Positions 1 through 25,900 of a stretch of 64,000 nt of DNA are shown in pieces. The stretch is taken from the NCBI GenBank assembly GCA_012295275.1, contig CM022671.1, positions 29,636,001-29,700,000 of the forward strand, read 5' to 3'. The stretch's first letter is position 1. Every line of letters begins with the position of its first letter. The notes beneath the pieces were generated by a model. The model made no database searches and had not been told where the DNA came from. It worked only from the letters and a program-made list of their open reading frames with translations. The DNA is from Chrysomallon squamiferum (taxonomy: Eukaryota; Animalia; Mollusca). The position numbers and the translations under genes are program-made.

Positions 1-12528
<12,528 letters not shown>

Positions 12529-13417
12529 ACTGGAAAACGCAAAGAAAAGATATTTTTGTGACTGATATAAAAAAAAGTTCATTGTGTCATGTGTCACTGA
12601 TGTTGTATCCTGGATAAAGCAAAGAAAAAAAAAATAATGCTTATTCTGCTTAACATAAAATTTTCATTGTGTCATTGATGTCTTTAGTTAAGTATTTCAT
12701 AGATTAGGCCAAACAGGACCAAGTAAAAGCTTAATATGTTGTTACTGCTTACAGGTTAGTTGAGTCTGTCATCAAATTATTGAAAAGGACCATATTGGTA
12801 ATCCCTTTTGAAAATAGCTTGATCTTTCTACTTATTGGTGCTTATAAATACAATACTACAGCTATATGCTGTTACTTTGGTGACATACTTGACTTCGAGG
12901 CTTTGTTATATTGTCAGCATAGTTAAAAATTTGTAGTTGTTGTTTCATGACAAAGAATGCTTTATGACAAAAATCAGTGTGCTTCTGTTAAACCAAGAGC
13001 TGTATTGATATTTTCACTTTTTGACAGAGGCTGCAGGATTTGTCCATTTTTGTTTAATTTTTATACATTTTATTAACTATTTGATAGTGGCATTAATAGT
13101 GTTATAAGAGCTGTTTAATTAAAGATTTGATACAAGTTCCAGATAAAGGATAAACAGTAAAAAAAAATCTGAAAACTTGGTTGACATTTCCAAGAACTAT
13201 TTTGACACATTTTCTAACTAATTGGAGCTGGTTGAATATATATATATTTTTTTTTATTATTATTTTTGTTCTGTTTTGATAACTCATCATAGTTCACAAT
13301 GTTTAAATTTTTCATATATGTACATTTTATGCTTCTCTGAATATCATGTTTTTATGTTTGTATCTGCATCTGGTTCAAAAAGACTTGGCTTTTGCTTGAT
13401 TTCTAGTTTTGTACCAT

Positions 13418-13451
<34 letters not shown>

Positions 13452-14663
13452 CAGGTTACACTACTTTTTCATTTTAAAATTATTAATTCAGTTTATTCCA
13501 TTTCCATTCTTTAAAAAGAAGAAATAATAAAAATAAATCATTATTATTTTGTAATTTTGTCGGTATGAGGTTGTTTTCTCAAGGCAGTATTTGCTATTTT
13601 CTCTAACTTGAGTACTTAATTAATTACTGCAGTTTTGGCATGATTAGTATCTGCAGTTTTGAAGTAATACACTGTCAAAAAGGTGTTTTGATATTTATTT
13701 CATTCTTTTATTTTTTATTTTCAGTATATGATGTCTTCAGTTACTGGCATTTTGTTATAATTTATAAAGCTGTAGCAGAAGCTTTGAGGTTTTTTTTTGG
13801 ACGTCATTTTGTTATCTACAAAATACATTTTTTACAAGACTTCTAATTTTTTCCCACAAGACATTGTTGGTCCATGGTTTGAGAAAGATTGATTTTCTTT
13901 TCCTTGAAATCACACACATGTACACCCAATCATATGGTGTAATCATGTTTTTCAGTTTTTTTTTTTTTGTTTTCTTTAAATTGGTCAGTCATTAAGTATT
14001 TGATTTACAGACATAACAGTAGAATGAAGAAAAAACTAGTTAATTCTACATTTAGATGTCTTTATTTTCATATTAATTTGATTTTCACTTCATTTGACAT
14101 ATTCTTCATTCCATAATTTGAAATAAAGAATATCTGACATTTTTTAGTTTTTTTGTCCATTATTTTTTTCTTTAAAAGTTCAGTTTGTCTACTGTCACTT
14201 TTATAAGTGTATCAATGTTGTTGGTTTTTTTTTGCTCCAAATTCTTTTATAAACATCTGAAAAAGAGAGCAACTTCTTATTACTGGAATTCATAAAACAT
14301 TTCATCAGATGACAAAATTCATATTACTCCCTTTTATTTAGTCTTAGTGTTATTCTGATGCTAAATTACTGTTTGATACACGTCTGGACATGTTTCACCT
14401 TCAATTCTATTCTGACTTCTTGTACCTGTAGTGATCCTCTTACTATGTGGATGCTGTACACACACTGAAGAAGGTAAATTCATCATAAATAATATAATAG
14501 TGGATTGTAATGGGAAATTAATTTAATCTGTCCCCTTACGAAATATTGTGACAGTTGATCCATGACAGGACATTACCTCACTGCTAGTTGTATCATGATC
14601 TGGGATGGGGCAGATGAAGGTTAAGCCTACCCTGTGACAATAACAACTGCATGCCACATGTCA

Positions 14664-14704
14664 AATAAAGAATAACGCACCAGAAAGCATTAAATATCTT
14701 TATT
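14664..14704. terminator. Facing polyadenylation signals for KDM2 (+ AATAAA 14664-14669, ATTAAA 14689-14694) and BCKDK (- AATAAA 14699-14704)
   Basis: Hexamers seen directly; the + strand shifts from T-rich (left) to A-rich (right) around this point, as expected for two convergent 3' UTRs. Confidence 0.5.
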
Positions 14705-17700
14705 ACCATGAAGTACCTGCATACCTTTTACCAACAGCAAATTATAAACCAAAACATGTCCAAAATAAAATATTGAGAGGCAAATTAAACACTAAGTAAG
14801 CACTTTTAATCTCTATACAAAGTATATATATCTATGACAAAGACTTCTAAAATGTTACGTACAACATAGTACATCTTCATCAACAACAAATTGGAGGAAT
14901 TTAAAAAAATAATAATAAAAGTCAAACCAATATTTTATTGCTGTTTAGGCAGATTAATATTATATTCATTTTTTCATTTTTCTTCTGTAGTTGTTCTTTT
15001 CAAAATGTATCGGTAACACTCATTTTATTATTATTTTTTTTATTTCCACACTGAAAGTCAAATCTAAATGGCTATGTAACTATTATTTAAAAATTATCTG
15101 TTTTCTTCTTTAAATATCCATAAACAATTCTTCAAATTAGTACATTAATTTCTAATTGGGTTCATCCCTCAATTTCAAAACATGCCAAATAAGAAACTGA
15201 ATAATTAATCTGAAGGGAATGACACTGTATTTAAAATAAAAGGTCTCCAACGGTAAAAAATTCTTCAATCAAAAAATATTTTCAGTCAGGACCTAAAATG
15301 TTAAAAATGTACAAGAAACAAAAAAACAAATTCAAATCTTTAAACAGAGGTTTACAGATTCACTAAAAAAAATATTCATTGCAAAATAGCACATTTCATT
15401 ATATAAGGAAAATATATCAACATCTGACTACAATCAAAATAATACAGGAAAAACAAAACAATAATAAATGAACTATAAACTTTCACATGATTTCATAAAT
15501 GTTTTTAATGCAAGTCCTGTGGAATGTATCTGACAAGCACATGAAACTTTGTTCAAATACTAATTATTTCATGTCAGAAATGTAATTTTGTATCATTTAA
15601 ATATAACATAATATTTTTGTTGAAAATCATAAAAATATCAAGAAATTTAATGATATAAGATACACACAAATCTATATTGATGTTAAAATCTACATCTGTT
15701 GTCAAAATATTCATATTATTTGTTCAGAAACATCATCACTTTTAATGATTTAATGAATTAAGAGAGAAAATTAAAAAACTGTAAGGTGTTAATTGCCTTA
15801 ATACTGCAACTATATTCAACATTTTTTATAATTATATATGCATACATGTATGTACATATATATACATACATACATTTTATATATATATATATTTTTTTTT
15901 TTGTTAACTGGAAATATTAATATTTCATCTTGTACTACTTTTAAAACAATGTCAAAAATAACTTTAAAAACAAAAATTATAATAATAAAAAGATAAGGAA
16001 AAAAATTAAAATCTAAAGTCAGTTAGTAAGACTTGCATTATAAACATGACAGATGAACAGAAACCAAGGCACATTTTTAAATAATCAAAATAAACTTATT
16101 TAACTGCATTACTGCCATTATTTTAACAAGGTAGTGGTACATGCTACATTCCAGCCATTTATTTGTAACAGTGAAAACAACTCAGATGAATTCACGGGTA
16201 CTACAGAACACCTAAAAAACATGTCAAATATCTGCCTCAAATGATTTTGATTCAACACAACCACAATTATAATGTAATGGTCTGTGCGTGTTATTCTTTT
16301 GTGAACGGATAAATAATACTCACTTTACTTGCAAAAGTAACTAAGCAACAAATTAAAAGCAGTCAATCAAATATGCGAGTTACAGAAACAGGTGGGGTGA
16401 ATTCTGTAGACACTTTTATTCTTTTCAGGTGTTGGTGTAAAAAGATGATTAGTTGTCAGGATAATATTTGACAGTCTGTAGTCATGTGACTGGTTTCACA
16501 CCATACAAAAGATTTTATATTCAAGATGGACAAATCTGTAAGATTAATGTAGCCATGTAAAAAGTAATAAAAGTATTAAAATTATACAAAAATAAAAATA
16601 TAATAAAATGGTAATTGTCAATTTTTTTTTTTTTTTTAAACTGAACACCGGGAATATGAAATTAGTTCAACAAATATTCTGTACATCTGCTAAAATAAAT
16701 AATTTTTCTTTGAAAATAAAAACACAGTCATAAATGCTAAGTAAAAAAAAATAATATCAATAAGATTGGATATTACTGTGTGTATATTTATTTTTTGATT
16801 TTCTACTTGTACTTTAGAAGTTCACAATTCAGGTATCAAAAATCATTTGGTGAAGTTTGACTTCGATAATGCACAAACACTAGTTACTGAACATTAAATA
16901 TATGACTCATAGTTGTCTTACAGTGGTTTCAGTTTTCAAAACATTAACACATACCTTCCTTCAAAATAATTTTCAGATGTAACCAACCAGCATATAATTT
17001 GTAACATTCTTTTTTTTAAATCAGTAATCATAACACATAAAATCACTATTTATCAGAAGACCCACACTTCAGAAAAACAAAAATCATATCAATATTACAG
17101 ATCTAATATTTTCATCTTAAATCATGAAAAAAACAATGACTAATATAAAATAAGGACAATAATGGAGTAGTACCATTCCATTTGAATCCTTAAATGTTTA
17201 TAAAATCTAAATGCTAGAAACCGTTTCTTTTAAAAACTAACAATAGTGTCTACTTAAATGCTAATCTGTGAGTATATTTTATTAAAAAAAAAAAAAAAAA
17301 AAAAAAAAAGATTTACTGTTTTTCATACACCATTTTATTCAGTTGCCAAGTAATTTAATTTGTGTTAATGCTTTATAAAATTTGAAATTGTTCTTAGTAT
17401 TTAATTTTAAAATGGTAATATTATGAAATCAGATTGTTCAAAAAAAAATTAAAACAGGGAAGAGAACAGAACAATACATTATAAAGTGAAAATTACAAAA
17501 TTATAAAACCAAAGCATTTAATTCTAATATACAACATGATTTATTAACATCAAATAATAAATCAGTATCAGCATAAAACACAGAATTAAATGATTCTGAT
17601 CTTTTCAGCTGTTCTGACTAGTCATGAATCTATTCATAATAAAAACGAATACTTGGACTATAAATCAATGACAGAGAGAGAAAAAAAGATGTAATTTCTA

Positions 17701-18074
17701 TTCGAATTATTAGAATCAGAAAACAAACAATTCATAAGATCTATGGGACAAAATATGATGAAAAATAAAATCATTAGCTAAATATATTTTTTAATTATTA
17801 TTTTACATAAAGTTCAAATTATGTTTGTGCTTAAATTTCGTCAACATCCTGAGAGTAATTTGTTTAATTATTTCGTCAGATCGTCCTATAATACTGTAAA
17901 TACAAATATTAAAATGTTGAGATTCAGTAACTTTCATCAATAAATGTTAAAAAAATATAATTTTATTATTCGTTTTCAAATTATCAGTGAACTTTAAAAA
18001 TCATAATATTAATACATAGTTTTTTTGATTGTCAGTCAATTTTAATAATAATAGTTTTTAACATAAAGTTATTC

Positions 18075-18340
18075 CAGAAAGGGAAATTATTTTTAACGAC
18101 AACAATGGACCATCTAGATTAATTTTACTGGAAGTAAAAATTTTGCAAATTCTCCTCAGTATTGAAATGCAACATTTTCCAGCAAAGGATCTTTTAGATG
18201 CAGCTTTTTAAAAGAAGCAAAGTATTTTAAAACCAGTCGTAGGGCAAAGACTGAAACGGGAAATAACCCAATGTGAATTCTGAGGATATTTGAAACCGGA
18301 ACCCTTCTTACCTACGGCAAGTCTTTTTACAACTGACAGA
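18075..18340 (+). mobile_element. Decayed copy of a dispersed ~280-bp SINE-like repeat family
   Basis: Core ccagtcgtagggcaaagactgaaacgggaaataacccaatg is shared with copies at ~42385-42650, ~44065-44350 (-), ~47245-47360 (-) and ~51395-51580. Confidence 0.55.
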
Positions 18341-19616
18341 TGAACAGAAAACTGTCTAATCTCTTGAATATAAGAAATAATACACAATGTATTAAGATAG
18401 CACAGTCAGTGTATAGGCAAGTATCTGGCATTCAAGAATAGCCATTGAGGTAATTACTGGTCAGAAAAGTTAGCCGCATGGGTTTTGTTGGCCTTGCAAA
18501 TTAAACAGGTTATAAAATTACCTGTTTAAAGTAGCAACGAATTAGCCAGACAATATATATTTTTTCATATATACATTTCCAAGCTTATGAAAAATATATA
18601 AATTTATAATATCAATTCTGGAACATCTCTAAAATGACTAACCATAAAACCTAAATATTAACTTAATAATTTTATTTTTAAAATGTTTTTATAATGCCCA
18701 ATCAAAATATGAAATAAATGTTACAATATTTGTGTCTTAGGCAATTATCTTTTATTTTTTTAAATACACATCAGTACAAGAGTACTGTAACAAAACCAGA
18801 ATGTTTTATTTTGAGTAACTGGCAATAGGTTTGTTCTAATATAAAAACTGAAATAAAATATTCAGTGTGGAGAGAAAAATAAAGAGAGAAAACAAAATGT
18901 CAATCTAGCCTTGGGCCCACAAAATATTTAAATTATAGTAAACAAAATAAACAATAATAGTCTATAATTGTCGTTATTTTGATTCAGAAATAAAAGTAAA
19001 AATTATTTGTTGAGCACTATGCAGCTGAACAATATTAATATGGACACAAATTATTTTATTGTGAATTTGCAAATGATAATCCTTTGTAACAAATTAACAC
19101 AAAGGACTATAACTGAGATCGTTATTCTGTTTTGTAGCAGGCAAGTAATTAAAATTTAGAAATATTTTTAATATCAATTGTCTCTTTTGTCCTTCGACTT
19201 CACATTCATTAACATTTTTTTATTTTTGACTAATTTATATATACACATACAAAAAAGATATGATTCCCAAATTACCACTTTTTGTTCAACCTCTTGCCAA
19301 ACAAACAGCATTAAAAATTTAAAATAAAAAAAATAAAACAAATAAAATAAAATAAAATAATAATAAAAATAATAATAAGACAATAATCTTCAGTCTAGTA
19401 TGTGGCTCAAACACAAACCCTAGTCTCTGATAACAAACAGTACAAGTAATAACAAAGTCTTGGACAATGCACAATTTGTTCAGGTAAAACAGACAAGGAC
19501 ATCAGAACTACACAGTACACTGACATACAACACTCCTCACCAGAAACACCACATTTATAAAGAACAAATTCCTGTTTTCAGCTCAAGACTGAACTAGCGA
19601 AATTCTGTGTGTCTGT

Positions 19617-19823
19617 TCATATGCGAAAACTCTCAGTTTTGCCATCAATGTGCGCCAGTCGCAGGTACACGTCAGTTCCAATACCTTGCATGGTCTCCAG
19701 AGTCAGCTGACCACCAAGGTATTCAGCATAGGCCTTGGCTGTCGGCAGGCCAAAACCATATCTAGATAGAAAGAAAAAATAATAAATAAATAAATAATAA
19801 TAATAATAAAATAATAATAAAAA

Positions 19824-19922
<99 letters not shown>

Positions 19923-22900
19923 AATAATTGTAATAATATTTATGATAATAATATTCATACTAACAGTAATATTTAAAATAATAATAAGAAGAATATATTA
20001 TAACAATAAAAATAATAATAGCAATAATATTTATAACAATAATCATAATAACAATAGTATTTACAGCAACAACAACAACAATGATAATATTAATAATCAT
20101 ATTAACATTAATAAAAATGATATTTCTAATAATAACAATATTTACAATAATATTCAGTGACATAACATAATAACTAAATGCAATATTTCTTTTAATAGCA
20201 AAAATGTTAAAAATATTTTACTACCGCATAACGTTTACGCAAGTTCAATCCAAAACCTTACTATTTACAGATAAAACGGCTTTAAAATGGTTATAGTTAT
20301 ATTTCCCCCCAATATAAACTGGTATAGCTTTTACTGTTATAATCTTATTACCCATGCATTTTGCCAGGCGCTGGGCCTGAGTTGTCAGTGTGCATGATCT
20401 GTCCAAACAGTCCTCCATCAACTCTCTCATCCGTTGTTTTCCCTGATGTTGTGAAGTTGTAGTCCCACACGTTGTGGACTATCTTGTGATTAATACCACC
20501 TCCACGATCAGAGATTCTGAGAATAATAATCATAATAAAATAAAAAAACATTGTTAAAACTGTTAATCAGACCATATTTAGAAACAGGCAAATTCTCTTC
20601 AGTACTAAAAAAAATATACCAGAAAAGAAAAAAAACGCTACCTTAGGTACGTAAGACCTTTAATATACATCTTTCCATAAAAGGTAATATTAAAGTACTG
20701 AGGTGCCATTAAACAATAATTAACTGTATTTCTCTTTCTTTCACTGTATTCTTCTTCTTTTTTTTTTGCATCTTCTTTCTAGGGATTTTTTATTTTTATA
20801 CTTTTACAAATGATTCTTTATGATAAAAAAAGTTTATTTGTTCATCTGTCTAATTTTCAAACAGACTATAGAGTCAACTGTAATAGACTGAGTTCCAAAT
20901 GTTTGGTCTTGGGGACATAGTGTCTTTGGTTTTACATGTTCCAAAATGGAGAAAAAAAAACACCATATTTAATATTTTAAATGGCCAGACACAGAAAAAC
21001 TGTTTTCTTTGTGTTTTTCTTTTTCTGTAAGTTTGTATGAATCAGAATCCAGAAATAGGGACAAAGAGCTGACAGAATGCCAAACACATTTCTCTGCCAG
21101 CAAGTTTTAGTGTGAACTGTTTTATCATCTGAATGGTTTACACATTTTTCTTCACAAGTGTACATATGGCTGGCATTACATAACCTCTTTATCTGGATAA
21201 TAGGATAATCAACTGGCCTAATCCAATTAACAGTGACAGCAGAGTACCTGCACTGGTCACAGTTCTGACAAAAATAACTTTTTACTCTTGTCAGAATGTA
21301 CAGAACCTAGGACTTTATGGAAAAGAAAAGGGAAAACAAAAATAATAACAATAAGAGTGAACATTCACGTTGGGATTTACTGACGATTTTATTTTTTTGA
21401 AATGAAATCATCTGCAGAAATGTGGTTGTCCTTTTGAAAGGTAATTTTAAACATTAATTAATTAGTAAAAATATATGAATTTCTCTAACGTGGAATGAGT
21501 GGCTGTTGGCTGTCACAAACATTAATTGACACATATTTGGACCAGTAAACGTTTCACAATAATTTTAAAGCATTTATTCTATCATGAGTTTTTAATATTC
21601 AGCATTATCTATCCACAACCCTATTTTTATTATCATTATTATGTTACAGATTAGTACAGTTGAGTAATAAAATCCTGAGAGGACTATTGAAAAAATATCA
21701 CAGAAGCAGCTGAATACTAAACTGAACCATCACAGATGATGGGCCACAAGAGAGAGAAAAGGGAGAAGCAAGATATAGGTGAGACTTATGCTACATACTG
21801 GATAAGGAAGCATCAGGCAGAAATGTGTCGCTATCAGCCAATAGTGCGAGAAAATTCAATGGTCACTCTACGGACAAATCGCATTCCTGAGAAAGCCTTT
21901 GTCCGAGAAGGTTCACTAATGAACATGAAGTCGAGTCCGAGGAAAAACAATGAACTTAACTTTGCAAGAGACTTGACTCTCTCGGGTGAACCAGCTTTCT
22001 ATCGAGATCACAATTCATTAAGGGAAACTGCTTTTTTCCACGATCATTCGAGTTACTGTGACCAGTACGCCAGCTGCCACAATTCAGACCTGATGATGGA
22101 CGGGAACTCTGGAATGGGGGACAGTGTGGGCAAGCAATCATTGAATTATGCCGGCTCTGCATTTCTGCCCGAGAAATCTCGCAAGCTGTTTGAAAGGTGG
22201 GACAGCAATCAGGAAAACTTTGCCATACCACAGAGGAAGTACACCATACTGCCTCAGATTGGCAACCCACGATTCATCAGCGTGCAAGACACGAGGCACC
22301 AGTTTGCCAATCAGTTGGATTATTCAAGGGATAATTTTGAGAGGGATGCCGATTTCTTTGCAGACTACAATAAAAGTCTGTGCCACGAAGAGATTCGAAC
22401 TGCAAAGGGAGTTCCTCTCCCTCCGCTCAACAGTGTTCCCCCAAGACTTAAATTTAACTTTGTACAAAAAACACAAGACGACATTTCAGAGGAGACATCT
22501 CGATGTTTTACAAATTCTATGACACTGTCGGATAATCTGGCCACTAGCACCTTGGATGAATTTTCTGATGATGACTCAATGATTACTAGTGCCAATGCAG
22601 AAAACATGAAGTCTGTACAGGCAGAAAACACCTTGTCAAACAAACCTAATAATCCGTGTGATGGGGAAGTAAAAGATGGCAATTTGACTGATGATTTTGA
22701 AGATGAATCAGTTAGTGAAAAAGGAAAAGAAGACATGAAAACAGGTCACATTAATAAGACTGGTATGGAAAAACAAAGCATTTCTAAACAGTTGGAAAAA
22801 CCAGACGAAACTGCTTGTAAGAATAAGGAGAAAAAACCTGGAACCAGTTGTAGTGACAAAACGGCAAACATACAAAAACCCACAAATTCAACGTTTCACA

Positions 22901-25900
22901 AAACTGTGAGGAAATTTATGAGATAAATTCATTCATTTTTAAAGGATTTATTTTGTGTTAAAAAAAAGAAGGAAAAAAAAAAGATGGATTAAAAGTTGAT
23001 TTCATACGAACAATATCATAAATTGAAATTCCATTTTCAACTGTTAAAATAAACCAAACATTAAGGTGTGTATCTTTTTCATTTTGTTTTTTCCTTACTA
23101 ACATTATTTTTAATGTTATTTACAACTAATGACTAAGTAAATAATTATTTAATACGATTGAAGGAATTTGTAAAGGATAAGATCTTTTTAAAAAAGAAAT
23201 AATCTAAATAAAAAAAAAATAATCTAAAAAACAAAAAAAATAATGGAATTTAAAACACCTCAGTACATTGTAAAACTGAATTTATTAATAACCAGTTCAA
23301 TTTCTGGGATAATACTAGGGCAGTTAAAAATTGACTGCTGTTATCTATTAATAACAGAGATGTTTCATTTGCACCTTGATATCGACAAAAAAAAAAAAAA
23401 GAAAGATAAATAAATAAAATAAGATATCACAGTCTTTGATAGATTAAATATTTAGAGTTCTTTCTAAACAAAGAGGTCACTTCTAAAAACAAACATAATA
23501 ATAATAATAAATAAAAATAAATTAATAACATTAATAATAATAATAACAGTAAATAAATAAATAAAAAGTACCTGACAACAAAGTCTTCTTCATTAACAGC
23601 TATAGTGATGGACACTTCTGGCAGTGTTCCAACACAATCAATGTTAAACTCAACTGTAGCTCTGAAAAAAAAATAATAATAATAACAACAACAACAACGT
23701 GAAAAAAAAAAAAAAATTATCACCTGGTAATATACTACATTATTATCTGTTATTTCCTCAACTGTATCTATGAAAAAAATTAATTATTACAATTATCTCA
23801 TCATAATTTATGACATTATTCTTATAATTAACTGTCACCTTTATCAAAATAATAATTAGGAGGCCTAAGGGTGAATTTGTCTCAGAGATATACCACTTGT
23901 TATTACAGTATCAATTACAAATTATAAAAATTATAATAATAACAATAATAAATAAATATATAATGGAAAAAAAAAAAGCCAAAATCAAAATTTAATTAAT
24001 GTCATTTTGTAATACAAGTAACATACATGTATATATTAAAATATGGTGATGTAATCTGTTCTGGAAGGGACAGTATAAAAACACTTAGATTTTTATTTAT
24101 TTATTTATTTGTATTTTTTCATTTTTTATTTTAAATATTTTTTTTTTATTATGATTTTTATTATTATTATTTTTTTTTTTTTTTTTTTGTGAGGTGTTAA
24201 TGACTTATATTTCAAGTACATTGTTATCTCTTTCTTACTGCACATTTTAATGTCTTTACCTATATATTTAGATTAATTTGATTTGCTTTATTCACTTTGC
24301 AAACTGAAACATTAGTCACATATATTCATTGTTCAAACTGAAATCTTCCACAACAAAATATCCTAAAGTTGTTCACCTCTATTTGTCAGTAACAAACAGA
24401 AATGTTGCTTAACCAATGGAAATAAACCTTCCACAAAACAGCTAAACCAGAATGTATGGTACATTAAACAAATCCACCAAGTATAAAAAAACAGATAATC
24501 CTAATGCTACCAGACCAGCTCACTAAAGTTCTGTTAATGTAAGGTCAAATACTCAAGTTACCCATTTGTACATGTCATGTATTCTGACAGTTTCACTGTG
24601 AATTATAGACTGCACAGGATGAAAATATTATGTAATATATACATGTAATTTTATTTTTTTTATTGTATACATACATACATACATACATACATAATTTTTT
24701 TCTTTAATTTGACCTAATCTTGTCTTTTTATTAAAAAAAAAGCTTTAAAAAATCTGTATTTAGCATTAAGTGAAAATACATACTTTTCTTAATTTTGTAT
24801 GATATTTTATGTTAATATTTATTTAGTTAGTTAGTTAGTAACTTAGTTTATTGCTTTATTTTATTTCACATCATTTCATTTTATTTTATTACTAAAAAAA
24901 GAAGAAAAACAAAACAAATCATTTTTTAACTTAAATTTGCCTTGCCTTTTTATTTTATTATATATCAGTTTTTTGTAGGGGTTTTTAAATTTTATTTTAT
25001 TTTATTTAATAATCTATTCATTGTCAGAAACTATAATTTGTTTTATTGTCACAGAAACTTTACAAAAAACAATCCTCATAAAAATAAATATATAAATAAA
25101 TTTTATATTAATAATAAAAAATAATGAAAAAGAAAATACAACAATCCCACACCAAAATCTGGAATATCACTACAGCAGTTATTCATGGACTTCTACATTA
25201 GCAACAAAACCTATCAGCTGGTCAACTGAGTTCAGAACTAATCATTTAACAACTGTGGTAAATTATGTATGGTAATGAACATCTGACATAATAAATCTGT
25301 TCTTCTACTAAATTCTACTAAATTTGCAATAATTCACACAAAACATTTGAAAATATGTAGTATGTAATTATAGATAATGCTTCCTGTGTTTCCTAAATAA
25401 ATAAAATCAACATTTATTACTAATTTGTCAAAGACTGGCTCAAATGCTGAAACAAACTATGTGGGGTAATTGCAGCCAAGAGTTACCACAGGACATTATG
25501 GTGTATCAGACTATAATAATTGATATAATGAAAAAAAAAAAAAAAAAAAAAAAGGAGGGAAACAGATAAGAGTTAATTAGTCGATCAGGAAGAAATCTGA
25601 CACTGCATTAATTAATGACTGTGAATACTTGACTCCAGGAATAATATGATGCATGTCATATACATGCCCCTTTCAGTTATTTCAGAATGTCATGGTTTAT
25701 CAGCACATGACTGTTGTTAATAGAACATATAAAACTACTGTTGCTGGTATTGGTTAAAATATATTATATCCAAAATTGTTAAAAATAAATAAATATAAAA
25801 ATAAAAATAAAAATTTATAAAGACAAACCAGAATTGGTCAAAAAGACTACCAAAACAAATGTTTTTAACAATTAAAAAGTATATCTAAAACATGGCTTTC

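Noticed and set aside
14586-14648. SECIS element (ATGA...TGA core in a hairpin)
   Set aside because: No AA at the expected apical position, helix II is irregular, and the assembled KDM2 CDS has no in-frame TGA; reading through TGA 8541 hits TAA four codons later.
19762-20163. Poly-Ile/Asn ORFs, including the N-terminal part of 19617-19958
   Set aside because: Translation of the (AAT)n microsatellite; only 19761-19617 is exonic.
21956-22736. Shorter ORFs overlapping the nested gene
   Set aside because: Shadow frames of the 396-aa ORF.
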